Of a DNA stretch of 34,106 nucleotides, positions 1 to 11,054 are shown one piece after another. Both the position numbers and the translations under genes were made by a program. Below the pieces are notes generated by a model. It was given only the letters and a program-made list of their open reading frames with translations, searched no databases and was not told where the DNA came from. The stretch's first letter is position 1, and the number at the start of each line of letters is the position of its first letter. This DNA comes from Dokdonella sp. (GTDB lineage: Bacteria > Pseudomonadota > Gammaproteobacteria > Xanthomonadales > Rhodanobacteraceae): contig DASWOS010000068.1 of the NCBI GenBank assembly GCA_036398645.1, positions 1-34,106 of the forward strand, written 5' to 3'.

Positions 1-203
1 GCGAGGCAGGCCGCGAGCGCGGGCACGCCGAACAGCACCGCCTGCGCGATCGGCGGCAGCGCCGGTGCGGCGAGCAGGATCAGGCCCATCGCGCCGGCAG
101 CGATGCCGACCCACAGCATGAAGTAGCCCGGCGCGATCATCTCGGCCGCGATCAGCACCAGCGCGAGCAGCCACCAGCCGTAGTGATCGACGACGCCGTT
201 CAT
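1..203 (-). CDS. NfeD family membrane protein (5' part; runs off window)
   Basis: Manual translation MNGVVDHYGWWLLALVLIAAEMIAPGYFMLWVGIAAG... matches the NfeD/YbbJ N-terminus; AGGAG RBS at 209-213; directly downstream of an SPFH gene (classic pairing). Not in the ORF track. Confidence 0.85.
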   Translation of the reverse strand, partial: MNGVVDHYGWWLLALVLIAAEMIAPGYFMLWVGIAAGAMGLILLAAPALPPIAQAVLFGVPALAACL

Positions 204-242
204 CGCCGCTCCTCGGAGTCGAGCATCTGCGTCGCGCTCCGC

Positions 243-1208
243 TCAGCGCACCGGCGGCGGCGCCGCGCCGCGCGGCGGCGCGACGCGCGCCTCGGCCTGG
301 CGGTCGAGCGCGCTCCGCGCGAGCTCGGCGATGCCGGCGAGCGAGCCGAGCACGCCGGTCGCCTCGATCGGCAGCAGCAGCATCTTCTGGTTCGGCGAGT
401 CGGCCATCGCCTTCAGCGCCTCGACGTACTTGTTCGCGACGAAGTAGTTCAGCGCGTTGACGTCGCCGCCGACGATCGCTGCGGAGACGACCTCGGTCGC
501 CTTCGCCTCGGCGGCGGCGAGCCGTTCGCGCGCCTCGGCCTCGCGGAACGCGGCCTCCTTCTGGCCCTCGGCGGCGAGGATCGCGGACTGCTTCTCGCCC
601 TCGGCCTTCAGGATCGCGGCCTGACGGAAGCCCTCCGCTTCGAGGATGTTCGCGCGCTTCTCGCGCTCGGCCTTCATCTGCCGCGCCATCGAGTCGACGA
701 GGTCGCGCGGCGGCTGGATGTCCTTGAGCTCGATGCGCGTGACCTTGAGCCCCCACGGATGCGTCGCCTCGTCGACGACCTTGAGCAGCGACGCGTTGAT
801 CTGGTCGCGCTTGCTCAAGCTCTCGTCGAGATCGAGCGAGCCGAGCACGGTGCGGATGTTCGTCATCACGAGGTTCATCACGGCGAGCTCGAGGTTCGCG
901 ACCTCGTAGGCGGCCTTCGCCGCGTCGAGCACCTGGAAGAACACGACGCCGTCGACCTTGACGACCGCATTGTCCTTGGTGATGACGTCCTGCGACGGCA
1001 CGTCGAGCACCTGCTCCATCATGTTCATCTTGCGGCCCACGTTCTGCATGACCGGGATCAGCAGGTGGAATCCCGGCGTCAGCGTGTGCGTGTACTTGCC
1101 CCAGCGCTCGACGGTCCATTCGTAGCCCTGCGGCACGATGCGCACGAGCTTGAACATCACGATCGCGGCGACCGCGACGACGACCAGCGGAAGGATCCCG
1201 ATCCCCAC
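243..1208 (-). CDS. qmcA: SPFH/band 7 (stomatin-like, QmcA-type) protein
   Basis: [26 protein letters not shown] and [13 protein letters not shown] motifs; GTG start at 1208 with GGGGAG RBS chosen over the ORF-track start at 1724. Confidence 0.9.
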   Translation of the reverse strand: MGIGILPLVVVAVAAIVMFKLVRIVPQGYEWTVERWGKYTHTLTPGFHLLIPVMQNVGRKMNMMEQVLDVPSQDVITKDNAVVKVDGVVFFQVLDAAKAAYEVANLELAVMNLVMTNIRTVLGSLDLDESLSKRDQINASLLKVVDEATHPWGLKVTRIELKDIQPPRDLVDSMARQMKAEREKRANILEAEGFRQAAILKAEGEKQSAILAAEGQKEAAFREAEARERLAAAEAKATEVVSAAIVGGDVNALNYFVANKYVEALKAMADSPNQKMLLLPIEATGVLGSLAGIAELARSALDRQAEARVAPPRGAAPPPVR

Positions 1209-1326
1209 GGCCTGCTCCCCGATCCGATATGTCGCGCAGAGTATAGGCAAGTCCTGCGGCGCGGGCTGCCGCGGCGCCGCGAGTGCGCTACGCTCGCCGC
1301 ACGCACCCGGACCGAAGCACGCATCG

Positions 1327-2838
1327 ATGAACGCCGATTCGCCCGGCGGCGGCTCGCGCCGCGACGGGACGCCGAGCATCGCGGCGCGTCGCGACGCGCT
1401 GCTCGCCGCGCTCGCGCGCGTGCTGCCGGCCGACGCGCTGCTCCACGGCGAACGCGATCTGAAGCCGTACGAATGCGACGGCCTGACCGCGTTCCGGCGC
1501 CTGCCGCTCGCGGTCGCGCTGCCGCACGACTCCGCCGAGGTGCGCGCCGTGCTGCGCACGTGCGGCGAGCACGGCGTGCCGGTCGTCGCGCGCGGCGCCG
1601 GCACCGGCCTCTCCGGCGGCGCGCTGCCGCTCGAGGACGGCGTCGTGCTCGGCCTCGCGCGGCTGAACCGCGTGCTCGAGATCGATCCGCGCAACCGCAC
1701 CGCACGCGTGCAGCCCGGCGTCACGAATCTGTCGATCTCGAAGGCCGCCGCGCCGTACGGGCTGTTCTACGCGCCGGACCCGTCCTCGCAGATCGCGTGC
1801 ACGATCGGCGGCAACGTCGCCGAGAACGCCGGCGGGCTGCACTGCCTGAAGTACGGGCTGACCACGCACAACCTGCTGAAGGTCGAGATCGTCACGATCG
1901 ACGGCGAGCGCCTGACGCTCGGCGCCGACGCGCTCGACGCGCCGGGTTACGACCTGCTCGCGCTGTTCACCGGCTCCGAGGGGCTGCTCGGCGTCGTCGT
2001 CGAGGTCACCGTGAAGCTTCTGCCGAAGCCGGACGCCGCGCGCCTGCTGCTCGTCGCGTTCGCGAGCGTCGACGCCGCCGCGGCGGCCGTCGCCGCGGTG
2101 ATCCGCGCCGGCATCGTGCCGGGCGGTCTCGAGATGATGGACCGGCCGGCGATCGAGGCGGTCGAGGCCTACGTGCCGTGCGGTTATCCGACCGATGCCG
2201 AGGCCGTGCTGCTGTGCGAGCTCGACGGCACCGACGCCGAGGTCGCCGAGGACGCCGCGCGCGCCGAGGCGGTGCTGCGCGCGGCCGGCGCGACCTCGAT
2301 CCGCGTCGCGATCGACGCCGCCGAGCGCGCCGCGGCCTGGGCCGGACGCAAGGCCGCGTTCCCGGCGCTCGGCCGCATGGCGCCGGACTACTACTGCATC
2401 GACGGCAGCATTCCGCGCGGCCGCCTGCCCGACGTGCTGCGCGGCATCGCCGCGCTCTCGCGCGAGTACGGCCTGCCGGTCGCGAACGTGTTCCACGCCG
2501 GCGACGGCAACCTGCATCCGATCATCCTCTACGACGCCGCGAACGCCGGCGAGCGCGACCGCACCGAGCGGCTCGGCACCGCGATCCTGGCGCTCTGCGT
2601 CGAGGCCGGGGGCAGCGTGACCGGCGAGCACGGCGTCGGCGTCGAGAAGCTCGACGCGATGTGCACGCAGTTCGCCTCGGCGGAGATCGAGTGCTTCCAC
2701 CGCATCAAGCGCGCGTTCGATCCGCACGGCCTGCTGAACCCGGGCAAGGCGGTACCGACGCTGGCGCGCTGCGCGGAGTTCGGCCGCATGCACGTGCACC
2801 GCGGCGCGCTGCCGTTCGCCGAGCTCGAACGCTTCTGA
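1327..2838 (+). CDS. glcD: Glycolate oxidase FAD-linked subunit GlcD
   Basis: [58 protein letters not shown] and the typical ...FAELERF end; ATG at 1327. Confidence 0.93.
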   Translation: MNADSPGGGSRRDGTPSIAARRDALLAALARVLPADALLHGERDLKPYECDGLTAFRRLPLAVALPHDSAEVRAVLRTCGEHGVPVVARGAGTGLSGGALPLEDGVVLGLARLNRVLEIDPRNRTARVQPGVTNLSISKAAAPYGLFYAPDPSSQIACTIGGNVAENAGGLHCLKYGLTTHNLLKVEIVTIDGERLTLGADALDAPGYDLLALFTGSEGLLGVVVEVTVKLLPKPDAARLLLVAFASVDAAAAAVAAVIRAGIVPGGLEMMDRPAIEAVEAYVPCGYPTDAEAVLLCELDGTDAEVAEDAARAEAVLRAAGATSIRVAIDAAERAAAWAGRKAAFPALGRMAPDYYCIDGSIPRGRLPDVLRGIAALSREYGLPVANVFHAGDGNLHPIILYDAANAGERDRTERLGTAILALCVEAGGSVTGEHGVGVEKLDAMCTQFASAEIECFHRIKRAFDPHGLLNPGKAVPTLARCAEFGRMHVHRGALPFAELERF

Positions 2839-3902
2839 TGCGCGACGCCGACGCGAGCGCGGAGCTGGCCGAGCGCGTGCGCGATGCGGCCGCGCGCCGC
2901 GCGCCGCTGCGGCTGCGCGGCTCCGGCAGCAAGGACTTTCTCGGTCCTCGCGGCGACGGCGATGCGCTCGACCTGCGCGCGCACGCCGGCATCGTGCGCT
3001 ACGCGCCGGACGAGCTCGTGCTGACCGCGCGCGCCGGCACGCGGCTCGCCGACGTCGAGGCCGCGCTCGCCGAGCACGGCCAGATGCTCGGCTTCGAGCC
3101 GCCGCACTTCGGCGCGGACGCGACGCTCGGCGGCACGCTCGCGGCCGGCCTGTCCGGGCCGCGCCGCGCGAGCGCCGGCGCCTCGCGCGACTTCGTGCTC
3201 GGCCTGCGCTTGCTCGACGGCCGCGGCGAGACGCTGCGCTTCGGCGGCGAGGTCATGAAGAACGTCGCCGGCTACGACGTCTCGCGGCTGATGATCGGCG
3301 CGTTCGGCACGCTCGGCGCGATCCTCGAAGCGAGCCTGAAGATCGTGCCGAAGCCGCGCGCCGAGCGCACGCTCGCGCTCGAGCTCGACGCGCCGGCGGC
3401 GCTCGACCGACTGCGCGCTTGGGCGCAGCGGCCGCTGCCGATCTCGGCCTCGGCGATCGTCGGCGGACGGCTGTACCTGCGCCTGTCCGGCGCCGATGCG
3501 GCCGTGCGCGCGGCGGCGCTCGAGCTCGGCGGCGATCCGCTCGACGACGCCGACGCGCCGTGGACGTCGCTGCGCGAGCACACGCATGCGTTCTTCGCCG
3601 ATCCGCGGCCGCTCTGGCGGCTGTCGACCGCGCCGGCCGCGCCGCTCGCCGCGCCGGCCGGCGCGCTGCTCGTCGAATGGCACGGCGCGCAGCGCTGGCT
3701 GAAGACCGATGCGGCCGCGGCCGACGTGCGCGCGGCGGCCGCCGCGGCCGGCGGCCACGCGACGCGTTTCCGCGCCGACGCGCCCGGCGACGACGCGTTC
3801 CATCCGCTGCCGCCGGCGCTGCTCGCGCTGCACCGGCGCCTGAAGGCGACGTTCGATCCGCACGCGGTGCTGAATCGCGGTCGCCTGCATCCGGAGCTCT
3901 GA
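2838..3902 (+). CDS. glcE: Glycolate oxidase FAD-binding subunit GlcE
   Basis: C-terminal part of ORF 183..3902; TGATG coupling to glcD; LGFEPPHFG, FGGEVMKNVAGYDVSRL and FDPHAVLNRGR motifs. Confidence 0.93.
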   Translation: MRDADASAELAERVRDAAARRAPLRLRGSGSKDFLGPRGDGDALDLRAHAGIVRYAPDELVLTARAGTRLADVEAALAEHGQMLGFEPPHFGADATLGGTLAAGLSGPRRASAGASRDFVLGLRLLDGRGETLRFGGEVMKNVAGYDVSRLMIGAFGTLGAILEASLKIVPKPRAERTLALELDAPAALDRLRAWAQRPLPISASAIVGGRLYLRLSGADAAVRAAALELGGDPLDDADAPWTSLREHTHAFFADPRPLWRLSTAPAAPLAAPAGALLVEWHGAQRWLKTDAAAADVRAAAAAAGGHATRFRADAPGDDAFHPLPPALLALHRRLKATFDPHAVLNRGRLHPEL

Positions 3903-3903
3903 C

Positions 3904-5145
3904 GTGCACACGAAGCTCGCCCCACCTCTCGAACAATCGGTGACTGCGCACGAAGCCGAAGCGATCGTGCGCCGTTGCGTGCACTGCGGCTTCTGCCTCG
4001 CGACCTGCCCGACCTATCAGGTGCTCGGCGACGAGCGCGACAGCCCGCGCGGGCGCATCTATCTGATCCAGCAGCTGCTCGAAGGCGCGCCGGCCGACGC
4101 GACGACGCAGACGCATCTCGACCGCTGCCTCGGCTGCCGCGCCTGCGAGACGACGTGCCCGTCGGGCGTGCGCTACGGCGCACTGCTCGACTACGGCCGC
4201 GGCATCGTCGAGGCCGAGCCGCCGCGACCGCCCGTCGAGCGCCTGAAGCGCGCGGCGCTGCTCCGCATCGTGCCGTCGCGGCGCCGCTTCGGCGCGCTGC
4301 TCGGCGCCGCACGCGCGCTCGCGCCGCTGCTGCCGGCGCGGCTCCGCGCGAAGCTGCCGCCGCCGGCACGCACCGTCGTCGCCGGCGCGGCGGCGGCACC
4401 GTCGGCCGCACCGCGGCGCATGCTCGCGCTCGACGTCTGCGGCGAGCGCACGGCCGCACCGAACACGCGCGCGGCGACCGAGCGCGTGTTCGCCCGCCTC
4501 GGCATCGCGCTCGACGCCGTGCCGCGCGCCGGCTGCTGCGGCGCGCTCGCGTACCACATGGGCCGCCACGAGGAGGGCCTCGCCGCGATGCGCCGGAACA
4601 TCGACGCCTGGTGGCCGGCGCTGGAAAGCGGCGCGGCCGAGGCGATCGTCGCGACCGCGACCGGCTGCGCGCTGACCCTGCGCGAGTACGGGCACCTGCT
4701 GCGCCACGACGCCGACTACGCGGAGAAGGCGCGCCGCGTCGCCGCGCTCGTGCGCGACCCGGCCGAGATCGTCGCCGACGCCGAGCACGCCTGGCTCGCC
4801 GGCATCGGCCGCGGCCGGCGCATCGCGTTCCATGCGCCGTGCACGCTGCAGCACGGGCTCAGGCGCGAGACGCTCGTCGAAGGTCTGCTGCGCGAAGCCG
4901 GCTACGAACTCGCGCCGGTCGCCGACGCGCACCTGTGCTGCGGCTCGGCCGGCAGCTACTCGCTGCTGCAGCCGGCGCTCGCCGACACGCTGCGCACGCG
5001 CAAGCTCGCCGCGCTCGAAGCCGGCGCGCCGGAGGTGATCGCGACCGCGAACGTCGGCTGCCAGCTGCATCTCGCCGCGGCGGCGGCGCGGCCGGTGCGG
5101 CATTGGATCGAGCTGATCGACGCGGCCTCGCTCGACGCCGCCTGA
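3904..5145 (+). CDS. glcF: Glycolate oxidase iron-sulfur subunit GlcF
   Basis: Two 4Fe-4S motifs (CVHCGFCLATCP, CLGCRACETTCP) and two CCG domains (GCCGAL, LCCGSAG); operon order glcD-glcE-glcF. Confidence 0.93.
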   Translation: MHTKLAPPLEQSVTAHEAEAIVRRCVHCGFCLATCPTYQVLGDERDSPRGRIYLIQQLLEGAPADATTQTHLDRCLGCRACETTCPSGVRYGALLDYGRGIVEAEPPRPPVERLKRAALLRIVPSRRRFGALLGAARALAPLLPARLRAKLPPPARTVVAGAAAAPSAAPRRMLALDVCGERTAAPNTRAATERVFARLGIALDAVPRAGCCGALAYHMGRHEEGLAAMRRNIDAWWPALESGAAEAIVATATGCALTLREYGHLLRHDADYAEKARRVAALVRDPAEIVADAEHAWLAGIGRGRRIAFHAPCTLQHGLRRETLVEGLLREAGYELAPVADAHLCCGSAGSYSLLQPALADTLRTRKLAALEAGAPEVIATANVGCQLHLAAAAARPVRHWIELIDAASLDAA

Positions 5146-5196
5146 GCGCGCGCCGGCGCTAGACTGCGCTCCCGTTTTCGATTCGGAGCGAGACTC

Positions 5197-5778
5197 GTGG
5201 GCGCGAAGAAGATCCTGTTCATCGTCGGCGACTACGTCGAGGACTACGAGGTCATGGTGCCGTTCCAGGCGCTCGCCGCGGTCGGCCACGTCGTGCACGC
5301 GGCGTGTCCGGGCAAGACCGCCGGCGACAAGGTGCGCACGGCGATCCACGACTTCGAGGGCGACCAGACCTACAGCGAGAAGCGCGGCCACGACTTCGCG
5401 CTGAACGCGACGTTCGACGACCTCGACGCCGACGCCTACGACGCGCTCGTGATCCCCGGCGGCCGCGCGCCGGAGTATCTGCGCCTGAACGCGCAGGTCG
5501 TCGCGCTCGTGCAGGCGTTCCATGCGGCCGGCAAGCCGATCGCGGCGATCTGCCACGGGCCGCAGCTGCTCGCCGCGGCCGGCGTGATCGCCGGCAAGCG
5601 CGTCTCGGCGTATCCGGCCTGCGCGCCGGAGGTGACGCTGGCGAACGGCACCTATGCCGAGATCGCGATCGACGGCGCGGTCACCGACGGCGTGCTCGTG
5701 ACCGCGCCGGCGTGGCCGGCGCATCCGGCCTGGATCGCGCAATTCCTGAAGGTGCTCGGCACGCGCATCGAGCTCTGA
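5197..5778 (+). CDS. DJ-1/PfpI family protein (protease I / glyoxalase III-like)
   Basis: GDYVEDYEV (catalytic Glu), [21 protein letters not shown] (nucleophile Cys-His) and VTAPAWP. Confidence 0.92.
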   Translation: MGAKKILFIVGDYVEDYEVMVPFQALAAVGHVVHAACPGKTAGDKVRTAIHDFEGDQTYSEKRGHDFALNATFDDLDADAYDALVIPGGRAPEYLRLNAQVVALVQAFHAAGKPIAAICHGPQLLAAAGVIAGKRVSAYPACAPEVTLANGTYAEIAIDGAVTDGVLVTAPAWPAHPAWIAQFLKVLGTRIEL

Positions 5779-5803
5779 TCGCGTCGCCGCGGCGCGCGCG
5801 GCC

Positions 5804-6473
5804 TCAGTTCGGACCGTCGAACCCGTCGCGGAAGATCGGGTCGGACACCGGGTCGCGCGACGATCCGTCCATTCAACGTCGCGTTTCGATCCGTCCGAGG
5901 ACGTGATGCCGCCGGTGGCGCCTCGCCGAGATGGCCGCGCGCACGCTGCCTTCGGAAATACGCGTGATCGACACGCCGGGGTCGCGCGCGGCGTCGAGCA
6001 CGGAAATGCCGGGGCGCCGATCGCGCTCGGCGTCGTCGGACGCCCGCGCCATCGGCGGTGGCAGCGAGAACGTGCCGACGTGCGCGCCGACCTCGTCGCT
6101 GCCGTAGGCGGCGCCGCCGCCGATCCGCAGCGCCCTGATCGGTCGGATCGGTGTAGCCGAGCGCGAGGCTTCCCGCGCGCCGCTGAAGAACGCCGGCAGC
6201 TCGATCGCGTCGTCGTCGTGGCTCGTCACGTTCGCGCTCGTGGTCGATGCGACCGGCGGCATCACGCCGCCGACGCCGCAGTGCTGCGTCAGCAAGAGGA
6301 AGGGGCTCCGCAGCACGTTCGAGGCCGGCGCGATCGCGAAGCCTCGCCGGCCCGGCCATCACGTGATCGGCGGTCGCGTCGGCCTGCGCGCCGGCGACGG
6401 CGCAGGCCGCGGAGACGAACGCGGCACGGCCGAACCGCGGGAGGCGCGGCGCCGGCGAGCGGTGGCGATTCAC
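5804..6473 (-). pseudogene. Frameshifted secreted protein with C-terminal DPIFRDGFD motif
   Basis: GTG at 6473 with AAGGAG RBS (6480-6485); signal-peptide-like MNRHRSPAPRLPRFGRAAFVSAACAVAGAQA; protein-like segments alternate between frames; ends VSDPIFRDGFDGPN-stop at 5804, with an in-frame stop at 5873. Confidence 0.65.
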
Positions 6474-6554
6474 GACGGTCTCCTTCGAGCGCGGCGCGGA
6501 CGCACCCGTCCCGCCCTGCGCGCGACCGGGCGCACAGGGCCTCGTGCGAACGCG

Positions 6555-7868
6555 TCAGCGCGCGCGCTGCGGCAGATGCAGCGACACCGACAGCCCGCCG
6601 CCGTCGCGGTTGGCCAGCGACACGCGTCCGCCGTGCGCCTCGGCGATTTCGCGCGCGAGCGCGAGGCCGAGGCCGGAGCCGCTGCGCTTGGTCGAGTAGA
6701 ACGGCAGCAGCGCGTTCGTCAGCACGGTTTCGCTCATGCCGCTGCCACGGTCGGCGACGTCGATGCGCACCTCGCGCGCGTTCTGCACGACGGCGACCTC
6801 GACCGACTCGGCCGGACCGCCGGATTCGTGCGCGTTCTTCAGCAGGTTGATCAGCACCTGCTCGACCTGCGCGCGATCGAACTGCGCCGGCGCGGCCGGC
6901 GGCACGCCGACGAGGCGGAATGCGTACTGACGCGACAGCGCGTCGAGGAACGGTGCCCACTCGACCGGCTCCGGGCACGGCAGCGGCAGCTTCGCGAAGC
7001 GCGCGTAGCCCTGGATGAATCCTTCGAGGTGGCGCGTGCGCTCGGCGATCGTGTCGAACACGATCGAGAGCTTGCCCATGTCGCCGCGCTGGGCCAGCTC
7101 GCGACCCGAGTGCGACAACGAGCGGATCGGTCCGAGCGAGTTGTTGAGCTCGTGGCTGATCACGCGGATGACCTTCTTCCAGGTCGCGACCTCCTGGCGC
7201 GCGAGCTCTCGCGTCAAGCGCTTGAGCTGGTACAGCGTGTGCGGCCGTCCCTGCAGCTTGAACGCGCGCTGCGACAGGTGGAACGATTCCTCCTCTTGAT
7301 CGAGCGCGACCGTGAACAGGCCGTCGGTGCCGGCTTCGAGCGCGCGCGCGAGCGCGTCCGGCGCCTGCGCGACGATCGCGTCGAAACGCTCGCCGTTCAG
7401 CGGCCGGCCGCCGCCGAGCAGCTGGCGCGCGGCGAGATTCGCGTAGACGATGCGGCCGCCGCCGTCGACGAGCACGAGCGCGGTCGGCGTGTTCTGCACC
7501 ACGGTGTCGAGCAGCAGCTCGCGCTGGAACAGGTGCTGGCGCTCCTCGCGCAGCACGCGACCGAGCTCGTTGTGCGCCGCGACGAGCTCGCCGACCTCGT
7601 CGCGGCGGCTCGCGCCGATCGAGAAGCTGAAATCGCCGTCGCGGAACGCGACGACGCTGCCCGACAGCGCACGGATCAGCTCGACGACCGGTCGCGCGAA
7701 GGCGCGCGCGGCGACCAGCGCCGGCAGCCCGAGTACGAGCAGCGCGGTCGCGCCGCCGAGCCACGGATCGCCGAGCCACACGGTCGACGCGGCGGCGAGC
7801 GCGGCGCCTGCCGCGAGCGTCGCGGCGAGCACGAGCGCGAGCTTGCCTTCGAGCGACATCATCCGCAC
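6555..7868 (-). CDS. Sensor histidine kinase (2 TM, HAMP, PAS, HisKA, HATPase)
   Basis: H-box ISHELNNSL, N-box LINLLKNA, G1 DRGSGM, F-box PFYSTK, G2 GSGLGL; start may be ATG 7862. Confidence 0.93.
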   Translation of the reverse strand: MRMMSLEGKLALVLAATLAAGAALAAASTVWLGDPWLGGATALLVLGLPALVAARAFARPVVELIRALSGSVVAFRDGDFSFSIGASRRDEVGELVAAHNELGRVLREERQHLFQRELLLDTVVQNTPTALVLVDGGGRIVYANLAARQLLGGGRPLNGERFDAIVAQAPDALARALEAGTDGLFTVALDQEEESFHLSQRAFKLQGRPHTLYQLKRLTRELARQEVATWKKVIRVISHELNNSLGPIRSLSHSGRELAQRGDMGKLSIVFDTIAERTRHLEGFIQGYARFAKLPLPCPEPVEWAPFLDALSRQYAFRLVGVPPAAPAQFDRAQVEQVLINLLKNAHESGGPAESVEVAVVQNAREVRIDVADRGSGMSETVLTNALLPFYSTKRSGSGLGLALAREIAEAHGGRVSLANRDGGGLSVSLHLPQRAR

Positions 7869-7934
7869 CGCGATCTCGTGCGCGGCGCATGCGACGCGCG
7901 GCGCGCGCCGCGGCGCGGCGTCCGCGCGAGAAGG

Positions 7935-9317
<1,383 letters not shown>

Positions 9318-9322
9318 TCGCG

Positions 9323-9354
9323 GGTCGGATGCGGCGCGGCGTGAAAGGGTTGCA
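9323..9354 (-). promoter_or_regulatory. Putative ECF sigma promoter of the response regulator/kinase pair
   Basis: TGCAAC-N16-GCATCCGACC on the minus strand; near-identical, with the same spacing, to the motif upstream of the ECF sigma gene (14658-14689). Confidence 0.7.
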
Positions 9355-9520
9355 TCGGCTCGGCGTAGCGACGGACGGGAACGGGAATCGACGACAGCAT
9401 CTCACGACGACGCCGACGCGCAAGCGGTGCGCGCCGGCCGCCGTCGCAGCGCCTCATCGCGACGCACCTGCGCTGCCGTGCCGTCGCATGATACCCGGCG
9501 TTCGCTGCCGCGCCGCGCGT

Positions 9521-9575
9521 TCGCGGCTGAAGCCGGCTCCTGCACCGCGCCCGTAGGAGCCGGCTGCAGCCGCGA
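9521..9575. repeat. GTAG-family REP doublet (inverted pair)
   Basis: TCGCGGCTGAAGCCGGCTCCTGC (9521-9543) and GTAGGAGCCGGCTGCAGCCGCGA (9553-9575) are 23-bp inverted repeats with 2 mismatches; each has an internal palindrome and a GTAG-type head. Confidence 0.75.
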
Positions 9576-9712
9576 CCACGACCTGCGCATCCGTGGCGAC
9601 GAAACCCGCGCTCCGGCGGTCGCGTTCGTCGACCGCCGCGACGGCACGGGCGCGGGCCCGTCGCTCCGCCGCGTCGGCGTGGCCGCGACGCGCGCGCGCC
9701 GCGGCCACGGCG

Positions 9713-10927
9713 TCACACGCTCCGCGTCGCGACCGCCGGCGGCACGCGCGAGGCGCGCAGCGCCGGGCCGAGCACCGAGGCCTGGCCGAGCAGCCACAGG
9801 CAGACGAAGCCGACCGGCACGTAGTACCACGGCAACCGCGGCGCCTGATACGCGTGCATCAGCCACAGGCTGAGCGCATAGGCGAGCACGCCGCCGGCGA
9901 CGAGCCCGAGCGTCGTGATGATGAAGTTCTCGGTCTGGAAGTAGCGCAGGATGTCGCGCTTCGTCGCGCCGAGCGCGCGCCGCGTGCCGATCTGCCGCGT
10001 GCGCTGCGCGACCCAGAAGCTCGCCATGCCGACGATGCCGAGCGCGGTGATCGCCAGCAGCGCGACGATGACGGCGCCGAGGATGATCGCCATCGCGCGG
10101 TCGCCGGAATACGCCTCGGCGCGCACCTGCTCCATCGACTCCACCTTGCCGACGATGCGGCTGGTGTTCGCCTCGCCGAGCTTCTGCTCGATTGCCTTCA
10201 TGACTTCGTCGCGCCGGCCGGGCTCGGTACGGACCATGTAGCGCGTCGAATTGCCGTACGGCATGCGGATCGGCAGCAGCGCCGAATTCTCGATCGAGTC
10301 GTTGTCGACCCACGGCTCCTGGAAGCGCTCGACGACGCCGACGATCGTCGTGCTCTGCGCAGCGTCTTCGTCGGTGTAGATCGTCTTGCCGACCGCGCCG
10401 CCGTCCGGAAACAGCTTGTCGGCGAGCGGCTTGCTCAGGATGATCGCCTTCGGCACGAAGCGCGTGCCCATGACGACGTCGGTGACTTCCTCGGGCTTGA
10501 ACGCGCGTCCGGCGACCAGCGTCGCGCCGAATGCGTCGATCGCCGACTGGTCGACCATGTACAGCGCCGTGTTCGCGCTCGCCGTCTTCTGCTTCGGCTG
10601 CAGGTAGAGGCCGGCCGACCAGCCGCCGCCGCTGATCGGCGCCGAATTGGTCGACGTGGCCGCGACGACGCCCGGCATCTGCCGCAGCAGAGCGAGATCG
10701 GACAGCTGCGCCGCGCGCGCGTCGTAGCCCTGGCCGAAGCCGACGCTGCCGAACCAGAACGTGTTGGCCTCGTCGACGCCGCTCGGCCGATGCATGCGGT
10801 CGAAGCGCTGACCGATGATGAACAGCGCGTTGCAGACGATCGCGAGCGTCAGCGCGACCTGCAGGCCGATCAGGATCATCGAGACCTTGCTGCGCATCAG
10901 CGCGGACAGGATCGGACGGATTTCCAT
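9713..10927 (-). CDS. ABC transporter permease, FtsX/MacB family
   Basis: N-terminal TM, large periplasmic domain, RTRQIGTRRALGA FtsX motif, three C-terminal TMs, PPAVATR end. Confidence 0.92.
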   Translation of the reverse strand: MEIRPILSALMRSKVSMILIGLQVALTLAIVCNALFIIGQRFDRMHRPSGVDEANTFWFGSVGFGQGYDARAAQLSDLALLRQMPGVVAATSTNSAPISGGGWSAGLYLQPKQKTASANTALYMVDQSAIDAFGATLVAGRAFKPEEVTDVVMGTRFVPKAIILSKPLADKLFPDGGAVGKTIYTDEDAAQSTTIVGVVERFQEPWVDNDSIENSALLPIRMPYGNSTRYMVRTEPGRRDEVMKAIEQKLGEANTSRIVGKVESMEQVRAEAYSGDRAMAIILGAVIVALLAITALGIVGMASFWVAQRTRQIGTRRALGATKRDILRYFQTENFIITTLGLVAGGVLAYALSLWLMHAYQAPRLPWYYVPVGFVCLWLLGQASVLGPALRASRVPPAVATRSV

Positions 10928-11054
10928 GCGTACCTCAGTCGGAAGTGGGCGTGATGGGACGGAACGGCTTAGACGTCCGCGCAGCCGCGGTCCGCGGCGA
11001 TGCGCGCGCGCACCGCGCGCGCCGCCGCCGGATTCGAGGCCCGGCGATTCATCG

